Positions 52,408 to 62,081 of a DNA stretch of 64,000 nt are shown here, in pieces (the first letter of the stretch is position 1; each line of letters begins with the position of its first letter). Position numbers and translations under genes: made by a program. A model generated the notes under the pieces. It saw only the letters and a program-made list of their open reading frames with translations. It was not told the DNA's origin and ran no database searches. Origin of the DNA: an uncultured Acidobacteriaceae bacterium (GTDB lineage: Bacteria > Acidobacteriota > Terriglobia > Terriglobales > Acidobacteriaceae); the NCBI GenBank assembly GCA_963820245.1, contig CAWFZC010000021.1:135903-199902 (forward strand), in the 5' to 3' direction.

Positions 52408-52951
52408 GCGTGTACCGCAGACCTCGTGTGTTCAGGAACTATGGGATAAAGGCGGTTTTTGAACGCCCAACGTATGCAACCAACCAAGGACCTTGAACTT
52501 CGATTCGAATTCTGCGATTCGATAACGTACAGCCGAGCCTGAACGAACACTGCTGACTTACCCTGCATTTTTGTGCCGGAAGCCTGTTTACTCTTCCTAA
52601 CACAGCGTGACGGTATACACCGTCCCCCTCGATGACGCAAAATCCCGCTGCGAAGCCTTGCCGGCGTCATCGGTTTGCATCGAACGAAAGCTATCCATTA
52701 AGCGCGAACTGAGGAATGAAAGCGCATAACCATTTCCGTTTCCCCCAGGAGCTGATCGAACACGGAAATCAATGACAATAAAGCAATTATACCAAGCCTA
52801 GTCAGCAATTGCATTGGTACCCAGTGAGGAGTTTCCCAGTTTCGTGTCCTTCACCCAGAATGGGAAGCCTTACACCATTTAGCATCGCCCTGTTTACGGT
52901 GCAATCGCAAGGGAAATCGACTACAACTTTAGTTACCTAAAGATCAACCAT

Positions 52952-53872
52952 TCAGGCCAAGGGTAACGAATAAGCGTCAAGGTAGAGGAACTGTTGGATA
53001 TTCGGATCTTCAGAATCAACGAAGCCGCTGAGGGGTCCAAAGTAGGCGGCGCGCCCCTCGTGGAGGAATAAAACGGTGTCTGCCAGGCGTTCGGCAAAGC
53101 GCATGTCATGGGTTACAACAATGCTCGTAAACCCGAGTTGACCTTTTAGACGTTGAATCAGGTCGCCCAGCCTACGGGCGATAATCGGATCGACCATGGT
53201 CGTAGGCTCGTCATATAAAACCACTTCAGGCTGAGCAGCCAGGGCGCGGGCAATTGCCACCGCGCGCTTGCGCCCTGTGGAGAGGCTGGCCGGCAGGCTT
53301 TCGGTCACGTCGTCTGCGCCCACCATGTTGATCAGCCGGTCGACGATCTGAACGACCTGGTCCTCAGCCAGCCCGCCGCGTTCCCTGAGGGGAAACGCCA
53401 CGTTCTCCCGGACGTTGAGCGAGTCGAAGAGCGCGCCGTTCTGGAAGACCATGGTTACCTTTTTGCGGACTTCGCGCATGCCCTCTTCATCGAGACCGGT
53501 AATCTCCTCACCTTCGATATAGATAGAACCGGAGTCCGGCTTGAGAAACCCCATCAACATGCGCAGAGAGACAGACTTGCCGACGCCGCTTCGCCCCAGA
53601 ATGCAGAGCGTTTGGCCGCGCTCCACCTCGAAGCTCACGTCCTCGAGGACGGCACGGCCATCAAAGGAGATGCTGACGTGGCTGAACTGGATGAGCGGCC
53701 CATGGTTCGATTTAGCGCGCTGCTCCATCTCGGCCGCGTAGTCGCTGCCGAGCGCTTGTGTAATGTCTGTTTCAGGGGGTTGAGGCCCAAGAGGGTCGGT
53801 TCCTGGCTGACCGGGCCCGGTGAGATCGTGCGCCGTAGAATCTGGAGCGGGATTTGGAGGGGAATCCGCCAT
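52952..53872 (-). CDS. ABC transporter ATP-binding protein (MlaF/Mkl-like)
   Basis: GRSGVGKS, VFQNGALFDSL, LYDEPT, VTHD. Confidence 0.9.
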   Translation of the reverse strand: MADSPPNPAPDSTAHDLTGPGQPGTDPLGPQPPETDITQALGSDYAAEMEQRAKSNHGPLIQFSHVSISFDGRAVLEDVSFEVERGQTLCILGRSGVGKSVSLRMLMGFLKPDSGSIYIEGEEITGLDEEGMREVRKKVTMVFQNGALFDSLNVRENVAFPLRERGGLAEDQVVQIVDRLINMVGADDVTESLPASLSTGRKRAVAIARALAAQPEVVLYDEPTTMVDPIIARRLGDLIQRLKGQLGFTSIVVTHDMRFAERLADTVLFLHEGRAAYFGPLSGFVDSEDPNIQQFLYLDAYSLPLA

Positions 53873-53878
53873 CTGTTT

Positions 53879-54541
53879 TCAGCTTACGCGATTCCTTAAC
53901 TTAGATGCGTCCCTCAAATCCACAGGCGTATTCAAATTTGTAAACCACCGGTCCGCCGCAAGGCCCTCAGGATGCACAATCGCTCCAGCCTCGGCAGCAT
54001 CTTCAACCACGATGACGCTCACCCGCTGCCCGACCGAAGCCGCGGCGCCCTCAAACGCCTGAAAGCAGCCTAAACGCCCGGCGGCTAGCTCGCCCTGCAG
54101 CCAGGGCAGGACCGAGCGGTTGAGCACCGCCGGAAATGTCTCGGTAAATCCCCCGACCCGCGCCAGCGTGACGGCTCTGCCTGAAATCTGGGCCTCGCGC
54201 ACCATGTATGCAATGAGCGAGGAGGGCAGCAGGGGCAGATCGACGGGCAGAAACACCGCCAGCTGCACACTGGTTGAAGCCAGGCCCGCGCAGATGCCAC
54301 TCACCGGCCCCTTGTCGGCCTCGACATCCTCTACGACCGGGCCAAAGGCGCTGAGCGGCGAGCGGGCGCCTGCGATCGACGCCGCCAGGCCCGCACCGCG
54401 CAGAATTTCCAACGCATGCTCTACCAGAGGACGACCGCGAAACGAGATCAGCGCCTTGTCGACACCCATCCGGGTTGACTGACCGCCGGCCAGGACGAAG
54501 CCAACTGAGCTTGCGGGGGGCGTAGGCTGCGGGCCGCTCAG
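53879..54541 (-). CDS. mobA: Molybdenum cofactor guanylyltransferase
   Basis: GFVLAGGQSTRMGVDKA, GPVSGI, NLNTPVD. The signature begins upstream of the first ATG, so the start is placed at CTG 54541. Confidence 0.88.
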   Translation of the reverse strand: MSGPQPTPPASSVGFVLAGGQSTRMGVDKALISFRGRPLVEHALEILRGAGLAASIAGARSPLSAFGPVVEDVEADKGPVSGICAGLASTSVQLAVFLPVDLPLLPSSLIAYMVREAQISGRAVTLARVGGFTETFPAVLNRSVLPWLQGELAAGRLGCFQAFEGAAASVGQRVSVIVVEDAAEAGAIVHPEGLAADRWFTNLNTPVDLRDASKLRNRVS

Positions 54542-55908
54542 TTGGCCGCCTCCTCCATAAACCGGATCAGCGAAACGATGCCCAATTCAAAGTTCTTCAG
54601 GTGGAACTTCTCGTTGGGCGCGTGCAGGTTGTCGTCGGGCAGGCCGAAGCCCATCATCACGCTGGGCAAACCAAGATGCTTGGCAAAGTCGCCGACGATG
54701 GGGATGGAGCCGCCCGAGCGGATGAAGACCGTGTCCTTGCCCCACACTTCGTGCAGCGCCCGCGTGGCGGCCTGGATGTAGGGATTGTTGACGGGAATCA
54801 GGCAGGGATCGCCGGTGTGAATCAGCCTGACTTCCACATCGACGCCTGCAGGGGCAATCTTCTCCACGTAGCTCTTGTAGAGGGCAAAGGCCTTTGCCGG
54901 GGTCATGTCTGGAACCAGCCGCATGGAAACCTTGGCCGTGGCCTTGGCGGGAATCACGGTCTTGGCGCCTGCGCCGATAAAGCCGCCGGGAATGCCGTGC
55001 ACATCGAGCGTGGGCCGCGCCCAGGTGCGCTCAAGAACGCTGTAGCCTTTTTCACCCGTCAGTTGTTTTGAGCCCACTTCGGAGATGCGATAGTGTTCCT
55101 CGTCGAAGGGCAGGCTCTTCCATGCGGCAAGCTCCTCGGCGCTGGGCGGAATCACGTCGTCGTAAAAACCGGGAATCAGAATCTTGCCGTCCTCGTCTTT
55201 GAGCTTGGCCAGAATCTGCGCCAGCGAGACGAAGGAGTTGGGAGCGGCTCCGCCGTACATGCCGGAGTGCAGATCGGTACGCGAGCTGCGCACCTCAAGC
55301 TCGGTATAGATCATGCCGCGCAGACCGACGCACAGGGTGGGCAAGCCGGGTGCAAAGAGTTCGGTATCGGAGACCAAAGCAAAGTCGGCCTTCAACTCCG
55401 GCGGCTTGGATGCGACAAAATCGGCAATGCCCTCGCCGCCCACTTCTTCTTCGCCTTCGAAGATCACGCGCACATTGATGGGGAGCTTGCCGGTGGCAGC
55501 CAGCAACGACTCAAGCGCCTTGACCTGCGCCATCACTTGTCCCTTGTCGTCCACTGCGCCGCGCGCATAGATGTTGCCATCGCGCTCGGTGGGCTCGAAC
55601 GGCGGCGAGAGCCATTCGTCCAGCGGATCGGGCGGCTGCACGTCGTAATGGCCGTAGACAAGCGCGGTGGGCTTACCGGTTGCATGCAGCCAGTCGCCGT
55701 AGACCAGTGGGTGGCCCTGGGTTTCAATCAGACGCACATGCTCCATGCCGATGCGCTTTAGTTCCGCGGCCAGCGATTCCGCTGCCAGGCGGCAATCGCC
55801 CGCGTGCTCGGGCAACGTGGAGATAGACGGGATGCGCAATAGCGCCTTGAGTTCGTCGACGAAGCGAGGATAGTTTTTGAGTGCAAAATCAACGGCTGAT
55901 GAAGACAT
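54538..55908 (-). CDS. M20 family dipeptidase
   Basis: YGHYDVQP, RGAVDDKG, EGEEE, DLHSG, HAPNE. Confidence 0.93.
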   Translation of the reverse strand: MSSSAVDFALKNYPRFVDELKALLRIPSISTLPEHAGDCRLAAESLAAELKRIGMEHVRLIETQGHPLVYGDWLHATGKPTALVYGHYDVQPPDPLDEWLSPPFEPTERDGNIYARGAVDDKGQVMAQVKALESLLAATGKLPINVRVIFEGEEEVGGEGIADFVASKPPELKADFALVSDTELFAPGLPTLCVGLRGMIYTELEVRSSRTDLHSGMYGGAAPNSFVSLAQILAKLKDEDGKILIPGFYDDVIPPSAEELAAWKSLPFDEEHYRISEVGSKQLTGEKGYSVLERTWARPTLDVHGIPGGFIGAGAKTVIPAKATAKVSMRLVPDMTPAKAFALYKSYVEKIAPAGVDVEVRLIHTGDPCLIPVNNPYIQAATRALHEVWGKDTVFIRSGGSIPIVGDFAKHLGLPSVMMGFGLPDDNLHAPNEKFHLKNFELGIVSLIRFMEEAAN

Positions 55909-56014
55909 TGGAACGCTCCTTCATAAAAAGACAAAACAGAGTATAGACCCGGAAGGCACCGTGCCGCTGTGCATGTGGCCGCTGCGCAAAATCAGCAGCG
56001 GGCGCGGATCAAGA

Positions 56015-56338
56015 CTAGTAGCGGCCGACCTTCGGGTCCACTTCAACCGACCAGGCATCGATGCCGCCACGCAGCGACTGCGCATTTTCGAATCCCTGAT
56101 TGCGCAACCACACCGTCACGTTCATGGAGCGGATACCGTGGTGGCAGAGCACAATGACCCGCTCCTCCGGATCAAGTTCCTGATGCGCGCGCGAGGGCAC
56201 ATCGCCCATGGGCATCGGCTCACTGCCCTCAATGTGCGCGGTGGCGAATTCCCACGGTTCGCGCACGTCCACAAGGCGCGCTCCTTTTTCTTTCAGAAGC
56301 GCCGCAGCGTCTGCAGCGGAAATCTCGTAGTCCAGCAT
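56015..56338 (-). CDS. Rhodanese-like domain protein
   Basis: LVDVREPWE, CHHGIRS, LRGGIDAW. Confidence 0.92.
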   Translation of the reverse strand: MLDYEISAADAAALLKEKGARLVDVREPWEFATAHIEGSEPMPMGDVPSRAHQELDPEERVIVLCHHGIRSMNVTVWLRNQGFENAQSLRGGIDAWSVEVDPKVGRY

Positions 56339-56347
56339 GTCTTCAGT

Positions 56348-58534
56348 TTACTTTGCCGGCGTTCGCGGCTCCAGTCCGCGCGCCTTGAGCATGGGCCCGA
56401 TACCGGGCTCGGCGCCGAGCCACTCCTTGTACAACTGGTCGAGGTCCGCCGTGTTGCCGCGCGAAAGAATCATGCGGCGGAACCGGTCTCCGTTGGCCCG
56501 TGTGAGTCCGCCGTGATCTTCAAACCATTGGTAGGCGTCGTCGTCGAGCATTTCACACCAGAGATAGGCGTAATAGCCGGCCTGATAACCGTTGCCCCAG
56601 ATGTGCATGAAGTAGCTGGAGCGGTAGCGTGGAGGAACGGTGCTGATCGCCAGGTACTTCATGTTCAGCGCCTTGGTCTCAAACTCATCCACATTCTGCA
56701 GCTTCGAATCGCCCTCGAGCATGTGCCATTGCATGTCCAGTTGCGCCGCGGCCAGCAACTCGGTGAGCTTGTAACCCTGGTTGAAGGTTGCCGATTTTTT
56801 CAGCTTCGCCGCCAGTTCCGCGGGCATGGGCTCCCCGGTCTTGTAGTGCTTGGCGTAATGCGGAAAGACCGCCGGGTCGCTGGCCCAATGCTCATTGAAC
56901 TGCGAGGGGAACTCAACAAAATCGCGAGGCGTCTGCGTACCGCTGAGCGTGGGATACATAGTGTCGGCAAACATGCCGTGCAGCGCATGACCGAACTCGT
57001 GAAACATCGTGGTCACGTCGTCGAAGCTGAGCAGCGCAGGCTCGCCTGCGGTGGGCTTTGCAAAGTTGGCCACGTTGTAGACCACGGGCAGCGTGCCCAG
57101 CAACTTTGACTGGCCGACAAAGCTGTCCATCCACGCGCCGCCGTTTTTGTTGTCGCGCTTGAAGTAGTCGCAGTACCAGAGGGCCAGCGGCTTGCCGTCC
57201 GCGTCGGACACTTCGTAGACCTTCACGTCAGGCGCGTAGACCGGAATGTCGGCACGCTGCTTGAAGCTGATGCCGTAGAGCATGTGCGCCGCGTAAAACA
57301 CACCATTTTCAAGCACGTTGTTCAGCTCAAAGTAGGGCTTGGTTTGCGACTCGTCCAGATCGAACTTGGCCTTGCGCACCTGCTCGGCGTAGAAGTTCCA
57401 ATCCCACGGTGCAAGTTTGAAACCGCCGTTCTGCGCCCCGCCGTTCTGACTATCGATCAGCGCCTGAATATCATTGGCCTCACCCTGCGCCTTGGCGGTT
57501 GCCGCGGGGACCAACTCGTCCATGAACTTGACCGCAGCTTCAGGAGTGCGCGCCATCTGGTCGGCGAGCCTCCAGGCGGCGTACGTCGAGTATCCCAGCT
57601 GCTTTCCTTTCTGTGCGCGCAGCTGGGCGAGCCGGGCAATGGTTGCGCGGGTGTCGTTCTTGTCGCCGCGTTCGGCGCGATTCCACGAATTCTCGAAGAT
57701 GGCTTGCCTGGTTGCGCGATTCGAGAGCGATTCAAGTTCTGGCTGCTGCGTGGTGTTCTGCATGGCAAGCAACCAGCCGTCCGCTTTGCGCTCATGCGCC
57801 GCATCGGCCGCCGCTGCCAGTTCCGCATCGCTCAATCCGGCCAGCGCTGCCTTGTCTTTTGTCACGTAAGCGGCATCTTTGGTGGCGGCCAGCAGCTTTG
57901 AGATGAAGGCGGTGGTCAGATTCGCCTCTTCTTCATTCAGCTTTTTCAGCTTCGCCTTGTCGGCCTTAGAGAGACGCGCGCCCTGGAGCACAAACTGCTG
58001 GTATTGGTACTCCAGCAGCCGCATTGACTCCGGATCGAGATTCAGCTTGGCGCGCTCGTTGTAAATCTTCTCCACGCGCTTGAACAGCTGGGTGTTGAGG
58101 TAGATTCCGTCCTGCAGCGCGGCCAGTTTGGGCGCAACTTCGTCCTGCGTCTTCTGCAGCACCGGGTTCATATTCGCCGCGGTGACGCCGTTAAAGACAA
58201 GGTTGGCGCGGTTGACCAATTGCCCGCTCTTTTCAAGGGCGACGAGCGTGTTGTCAAACGTGGGCTCAGCAGGGTTGTTGGCGATGGCGCGAATTTCTTC
58301 AAGCTGCTGCGCGATGCCTGCCTCGATGGCCGGCCGGTAGTCGCTGTCCTTGATCTTGTCGAAGGGGGGCGCATGAAAAGGAAGCGTGCTGGGAGCATAG
58401 AACGGGTTTGCGGGCCCGAACGCGGCCTGCGCTCCGGAGGCGCCCGGCGTTAAGGCGATTGCGCCGGCGGCAATCAGGGTTGAGATTTCGGCCAAGAGAG
58501 TCCTCAAAAAAAGAAACTTAACTGTATTCATCAT
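56348..58534 (-). CDS. dcp: Peptidyl-dipeptidase Dcp (M3 metallopeptidase)
   Basis: Signal peptide, FHEFGHALH, DFVEFPSQ, GYYAYLW. Confidence 0.92.
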   Translation of the reverse strand: MMNTVKFLFLRTLLAEISTLIAAGAIALTPGASGAQAAFGPANPFYAPSTLPFHAPPFDKIKDSDYRPAIEAGIAQQLEEIRAIANNPAEPTFDNTLVALEKSGQLVNRANLVFNGVTAANMNPVLQKTQDEVAPKLAALQDGIYLNTQLFKRVEKIYNERAKLNLDPESMRLLEYQYQQFVLQGARLSKADKAKLKKLNEEEANLTTAFISKLLAATKDAAYVTKDKAALAGLSDAELAAAADAAHERKADGWLLAMQNTTQQPELESLSNRATRQAIFENSWNRAERGDKNDTRATIARLAQLRAQKGKQLGYSTYAAWRLADQMARTPEAAVKFMDELVPAATAKAQGEANDIQALIDSQNGGAQNGGFKLAPWDWNFYAEQVRKAKFDLDESQTKPYFELNNVLENGVFYAAHMLYGISFKQRADIPVYAPDVKVYEVSDADGKPLALWYCDYFKRDNKNGGAWMDSFVGQSKLLGTLPVVYNVANFAKPTAGEPALLSFDDVTTMFHEFGHALHGMFADTMYPTLSGTQTPRDFVEFPSQFNEHWASDPAVFPHYAKHYKTGEPMPAELAAKLKKSATFNQGYKLTELLAAAQLDMQWHMLEGDSKLQNVDEFETKALNMKYLAISTVPPRYRSSYFMHIWGNGYQAGYYAYLWCEMLDDDAYQWFEDHGGLTRANGDRFRRMILSRGNTADLDQLYKEWLGAEPGIGPMLKARGLEPRTPAK

Positions 58535-58672
58535 CGCGTATACACCTTACTTCCGCCGCATATTCTATCGGAGATTTCAGGCCCAGTGATGTGATCCCTG
58601 CCCCATATGCGTCTGCCTGGCTCACCGAGGCCCGTGAAGGCTTTCGAGCCCTCGCACGATACTCTTGATCTG

Positions 58673-60604
58673 ATGCCTCCAATCCTCAACGCGCAGTCCG
58701 TGACCAAGCAATTCGGCGCCGTGCCGCTTTTTCGCAATATCTCCCTTACCGTGGAAGATGGCGACCGGATCGGGCTGATCGGGCCCAATGGCGCGGGCAA
58801 GTCCACCCTGCTGGCGCTGCTGGCCGGGCAGGTGGAACCCGACTCCGGCGAGGTTGCCGTCCGCAAGCGCGCCCGCGCAGCTTATGTTCCGCAGGACTCG
58901 CGCTTTGCGGCCGGACTCAGCATCCGCCAGGTGCTGGAAAAAGCCCTCGCGGCCGCCCACAAGGACTCTGCGCTGGAAGATGAGCGCGCGCGGGAAGGCC
59001 GGCTTCGCGAGTTGGCTGGCCGCGCCGGATTCGTAGATCTAAGCGCCGAGGCTGCTTCCCTCTCCGGTGGCTGGCGCAAGCGCCTTGCCGTGGTTGAAGC
59101 GCTGGTGGGCGATCCCGACGTGATGTTGCTCGACGAGCCCACCAACCATCTCGATCTGGCGGGCATCGAATGGCTTGAGGGGTTGCTCGCAAACGCCTCT
59201 TTCGCAGCCGTGACCGTTAGCCACGATCGTTATTTTCTCGAATCCACATCAAGCCAGATCCTTGAGCTGAACCGCGTCTTTGCTGAAGGCCTTTTGCGCG
59301 TGAAGGGAAACTTCAGCCGCTTTCTGGAAGAGAAGCAGGCGTACCTGGAATCGCAGAGCAAGCAGCAGGAGAGCCTGCGCAACCAGGTGAAAACCGAGAT
59401 CGAGTGGCTTCGCCGCGGCCCGAAAGCCCGCACCACGAAATCCAAAGCGCGCATAGATACGGCGAACGCGATGATCGGCCAACTGTCCGCCATGGATGCG
59501 CGAACCACGGTCAACCAGGCAGGCATCGACTTTGAAGCCAGCCAGCGAAAGACCAAGCGGCTCGTCGAGTTCAACGACGTATCGTGCGATGTTCCCACCG
59601 GTGACGACGCTGCAACAGAAAACCCTCAAGAAGATAATCCACAAAATGAAAAGAGCCCACGGCTCCTTTTCTCCGGCCTGAACTTCATTCTGACCGCGGG
59701 CATGAAGGTGGGACTTGTGGGCCCCAACGGCAGCGGCAAAACCACGTTTCTGCGCTTGCTGCGCGGCGAACTCGAACCCTCGGCCGGCTCCATTCGCCGT
59801 GCCGATGCGCTGCGCCTTGTCTACTTCAGCCAGATGCGCGAACTGGATGAAAATCTCACGCTTCGGCGCGCGCTGGCGCCGGAGAGCGACAGCCTCATCT
59901 ACCAGGGCCGCGCCGTTCACGTGGCCAGTTGGGCCGCCCGCTTTCTTTTTACGAGCGAACAACTCAATCAGCCAGTGCGCAATCTATCTGGCGGCGAGCG
60001 CGCACGCGTGCTGATTGCCAGGCTCATGCTGGAGCCCGCAGACGTTCTTCTGCTAGATGAGCCGACCAACGACCTGGATATTCCCACGCTTGAGATTCTT
60101 GAAGAAAATCTGCTCGACTTTCCCGGCGCGCTGGTGCTGGTGACGCACGACCGCTATTTGCTGAACCGCGTCGCCTCTACGGTCCTCGGCCTCGATGGCC
60201 GCGGGAACACGGGGCGCTTCGCCGACTATGCGCAGTGGGAAGACTGGCTTGTGGAACAGGACGAGCTTGAGGCTTCAGGGCCGGCGAAGGACAAGGCGCG
60301 TAACTCCGATGGATCGAGATCGACGCAGCAGGCGAGCGCGGACCCCGCGCCTGCGACGAAAAAGAAGCTGTCGTATCTCGAGGCCCGGGAATTCGCCGCC
60401 ATTGAAGAGCGCGTGGAAGCCTCCGACACCCGCCTGCATGCCGCACGTGAACGCATTGAGCAGCCCGAGATCGCGACAGACGCGGCCGCGCTCGAACAAG
60501 CTTTAAAGGAACTCGACGCAGCCCAGCATGAAAGCGATGCACTCTATGCCCGCTGGGCAGAACTCACTGAAAAGGCCGGACAAGCGGCGACGGGTACATC
60601 GTAG
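58673..60604 (+). CDS. ABC-F family ATPase (Uup-like)
   Basis: Two ABC cassettes (GPNGAGKST, GPNGSGKTT), RRGPKARTTK linker, C-terminal KKLSY coiled coil; likely start ATG 58673. Confidence 0.92.
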   Translation: MPPILNAQSVTKQFGAVPLFRNISLTVEDGDRIGLIGPNGAGKSTLLALLAGQVEPDSGEVAVRKRARAAYVPQDSRFAAGLSIRQVLEKALAAAHKDSALEDERAREGRLRELAGRAGFVDLSAEAASLSGGWRKRLAVVEALVGDPDVMLLDEPTNHLDLAGIEWLEGLLANASFAAVTVSHDRYFLESTSSQILELNRVFAEGLLRVKGNFSRFLEEKQAYLESQSKQQESLRNQVKTEIEWLRRGPKARTTKSKARIDTANAMIGQLSAMDARTTVNQAGIDFEASQRKTKRLVEFNDVSCDVPTGDDAATENPQEDNPQNEKSPRLLFSGLNFILTAGMKVGLVGPNGSGKTTFLRLLRGELEPSAGSIRRADALRLVYFSQMRELDENLTLRRALAPESDSLIYQGRAVHVASWAARFLFTSEQLNQPVRNLSGGERARVLIARLMLEPADVLLLDEPTNDLDIPTLEILEENLLDFPGALVLVTHDRYLLNRVASTVLGLDGRGNTGRFADYAQWEDWLVEQDELEASGPAKDKARNSDGSRSTQQASADPAPATKKKLSYLEAREFAAIEERVEASDTRLHAARERIEQPEIATDAAALEQALKELDAAQHESDALYARWAELTEKAGQAATGTS

Positions 60605-60671
60605 GTCACGGCTGATCCATCGCGAATTCCTACCTTCGAGTGGATAGTATTAAGTAGATCGGAAAGGCCCT

Positions 60672-62078
60672 ATGCAGAACGACGTAAGAGTCCTGATTGC
60701 CGAAGACGAGCCCAACGCGCTGATGGGCCTGGCCGAGCTGATTTCCGGCTGGGGCTACCGCACAGAGACGGCGCGCGACGGCATGGAAGCCTGGGAGAAG
60801 GTTCTGGCTTTTGATCCGGCCATCGTGGTGACCGACCTCAAGATGCCGCGGCTGGACGGGATCGGCCTGCTGACGCGCCTGTCGGAAGCCGACTCTGGCA
60901 TCAACTCCAACATGGCCGTGGTGGTGCTTACCGCCCAGGGCTCCATTCAACTGGCCGTGGAAGCGATGAAGCTGGGCGCATACGACTTTCTGCAAAAGCC
61001 CGTGGATGCGACGCGCCTGCGCACCATCTTGGCCAACGCGACCCGCCAGCGCTCGACGGAAATCGAGCTTGAAGTGGCGCGCCGCCGCCTGCGCGAGTCC
61101 GGCGTGCTGGGTTCGCTCGTCGGCAGTTCCAAGGTGATGCGCGAGATCTTCGGCCTCATCGAGCAGGTTGCGCCGTCGAACGTTCACGTGCTGATTACCG
61201 GTGAAAGCGGAACAGGGAAGGAACTGGTGGCGCGCACCTTGCACGAGCTGAGCCCGCGCAAGGCAAAGCCGTTTGTCGCGGTCAACTGCGCCGCCATTCC
61301 CGAAACACTGATCGAGAGCGAAATCTTCGGCCACGAGAAAGGCGCGTTCACCGGCGCGGCCGAGCGGAGAGCCGGCTGTTTTGAACTCGCCTCCGGGGGC
61401 AGCCTCCTTCTCGATGAAATCGGCGAGATGCCACTGCCCACGCAAGCCAAGCTGCTGCGCGTGCTTGAAGAGCGCAAGCTGCGCCGCCTGGGCGCGCGCA
61501 CTGAGCAGGACGTGGATGTGCGTGTGCTTGCCGCCACCAATCGCGCCCCCGAAACAGCTGTTGCCGAAGGCCATCTGCGCGCCGACCTCTACTACCGCTT
61601 GAATGTCTTCAACATTCACATGCCACCGCTCCGCGATCACATGGAGGACCTGCCCGCCATGTGCGAAGCAATTCTCAACCAGATGAACGAGAAGCACGGC
61701 CGTCGCGTGGCCGGGGTGGCGCCGTCGATGATCAATCGGTTGAACTCCTACAACTGGCCGGGCAACGTGCGTGAACTGCGCAACACGGTAGAGCGGGCTG
61801 TGATTCTGTGTCCCGATGGCGCGCCGCTCGATGTGGGCCACCTGCCTCCGGGCTTTGGCAAAACACCCATACCGGCCGCAGCCGCGTCGAATGCGGGTGA
61901 AATCGGCGTACACGTCGGCACCACGGTGGATGAAGCCGAGCGGCTTCTGATTCTGCATACGCTTGAGGCCACGGGCCAGAACAAGACCCGCGCCGCCGAG
62001 ATCCTGGGCGTCAGCCTCAAGACGCTGCATAACAAGCTGAAGGAGTACAGCCGCGCCCGCCAGGACACCATCGCCTGA
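60672..62078 (+). CDS. Sigma54-dependent response regulator (NtrC family)
   Basis: Receiver domain (TDLKMP), GESGTGKE, GAFTGA, WPGNVREL, Fis-type HTH. Confidence 0.95.
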   Translation: MQNDVRVLIAEDEPNALMGLAELISGWGYRTETARDGMEAWEKVLAFDPAIVVTDLKMPRLDGIGLLTRLSEADSGINSNMAVVVLTAQGSIQLAVEAMKLGAYDFLQKPVDATRLRTILANATRQRSTEIELEVARRRLRESGVLGSLVGSSKVMREIFGLIEQVAPSNVHVLITGESGTGKELVARTLHELSPRKAKPFVAVNCAAIPETLIESEIFGHEKGAFTGAAERRAGCFELASGGSLLLDEIGEMPLPTQAKLLRVLEERKLRRLGARTEQDVDVRVLAATNRAPETAVAEGHLRADLYYRLNVFNIHMPPLRDHMEDLPAMCEAILNQMNEKHGRRVAGVAPSMINRLNSYNWPGNVRELRNTVERAVILCPDGAPLDVGHLPPGFGKTPIPAAAASNAGEIGVHVGTTVDEAERLLILHTLEATGQNKTRAAEILGVSLKTLHNKLKEYSRARQDTIA

Positions 62079-62081
62079 ACC

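Noticed and set aside
52408-52951. Regulatory RNA or ops/JUMPstart element upstream of the sugar transferase
   Set aside because: The gap is long and AT-richer, but I could not identify a recognisable motif or convincing structure.
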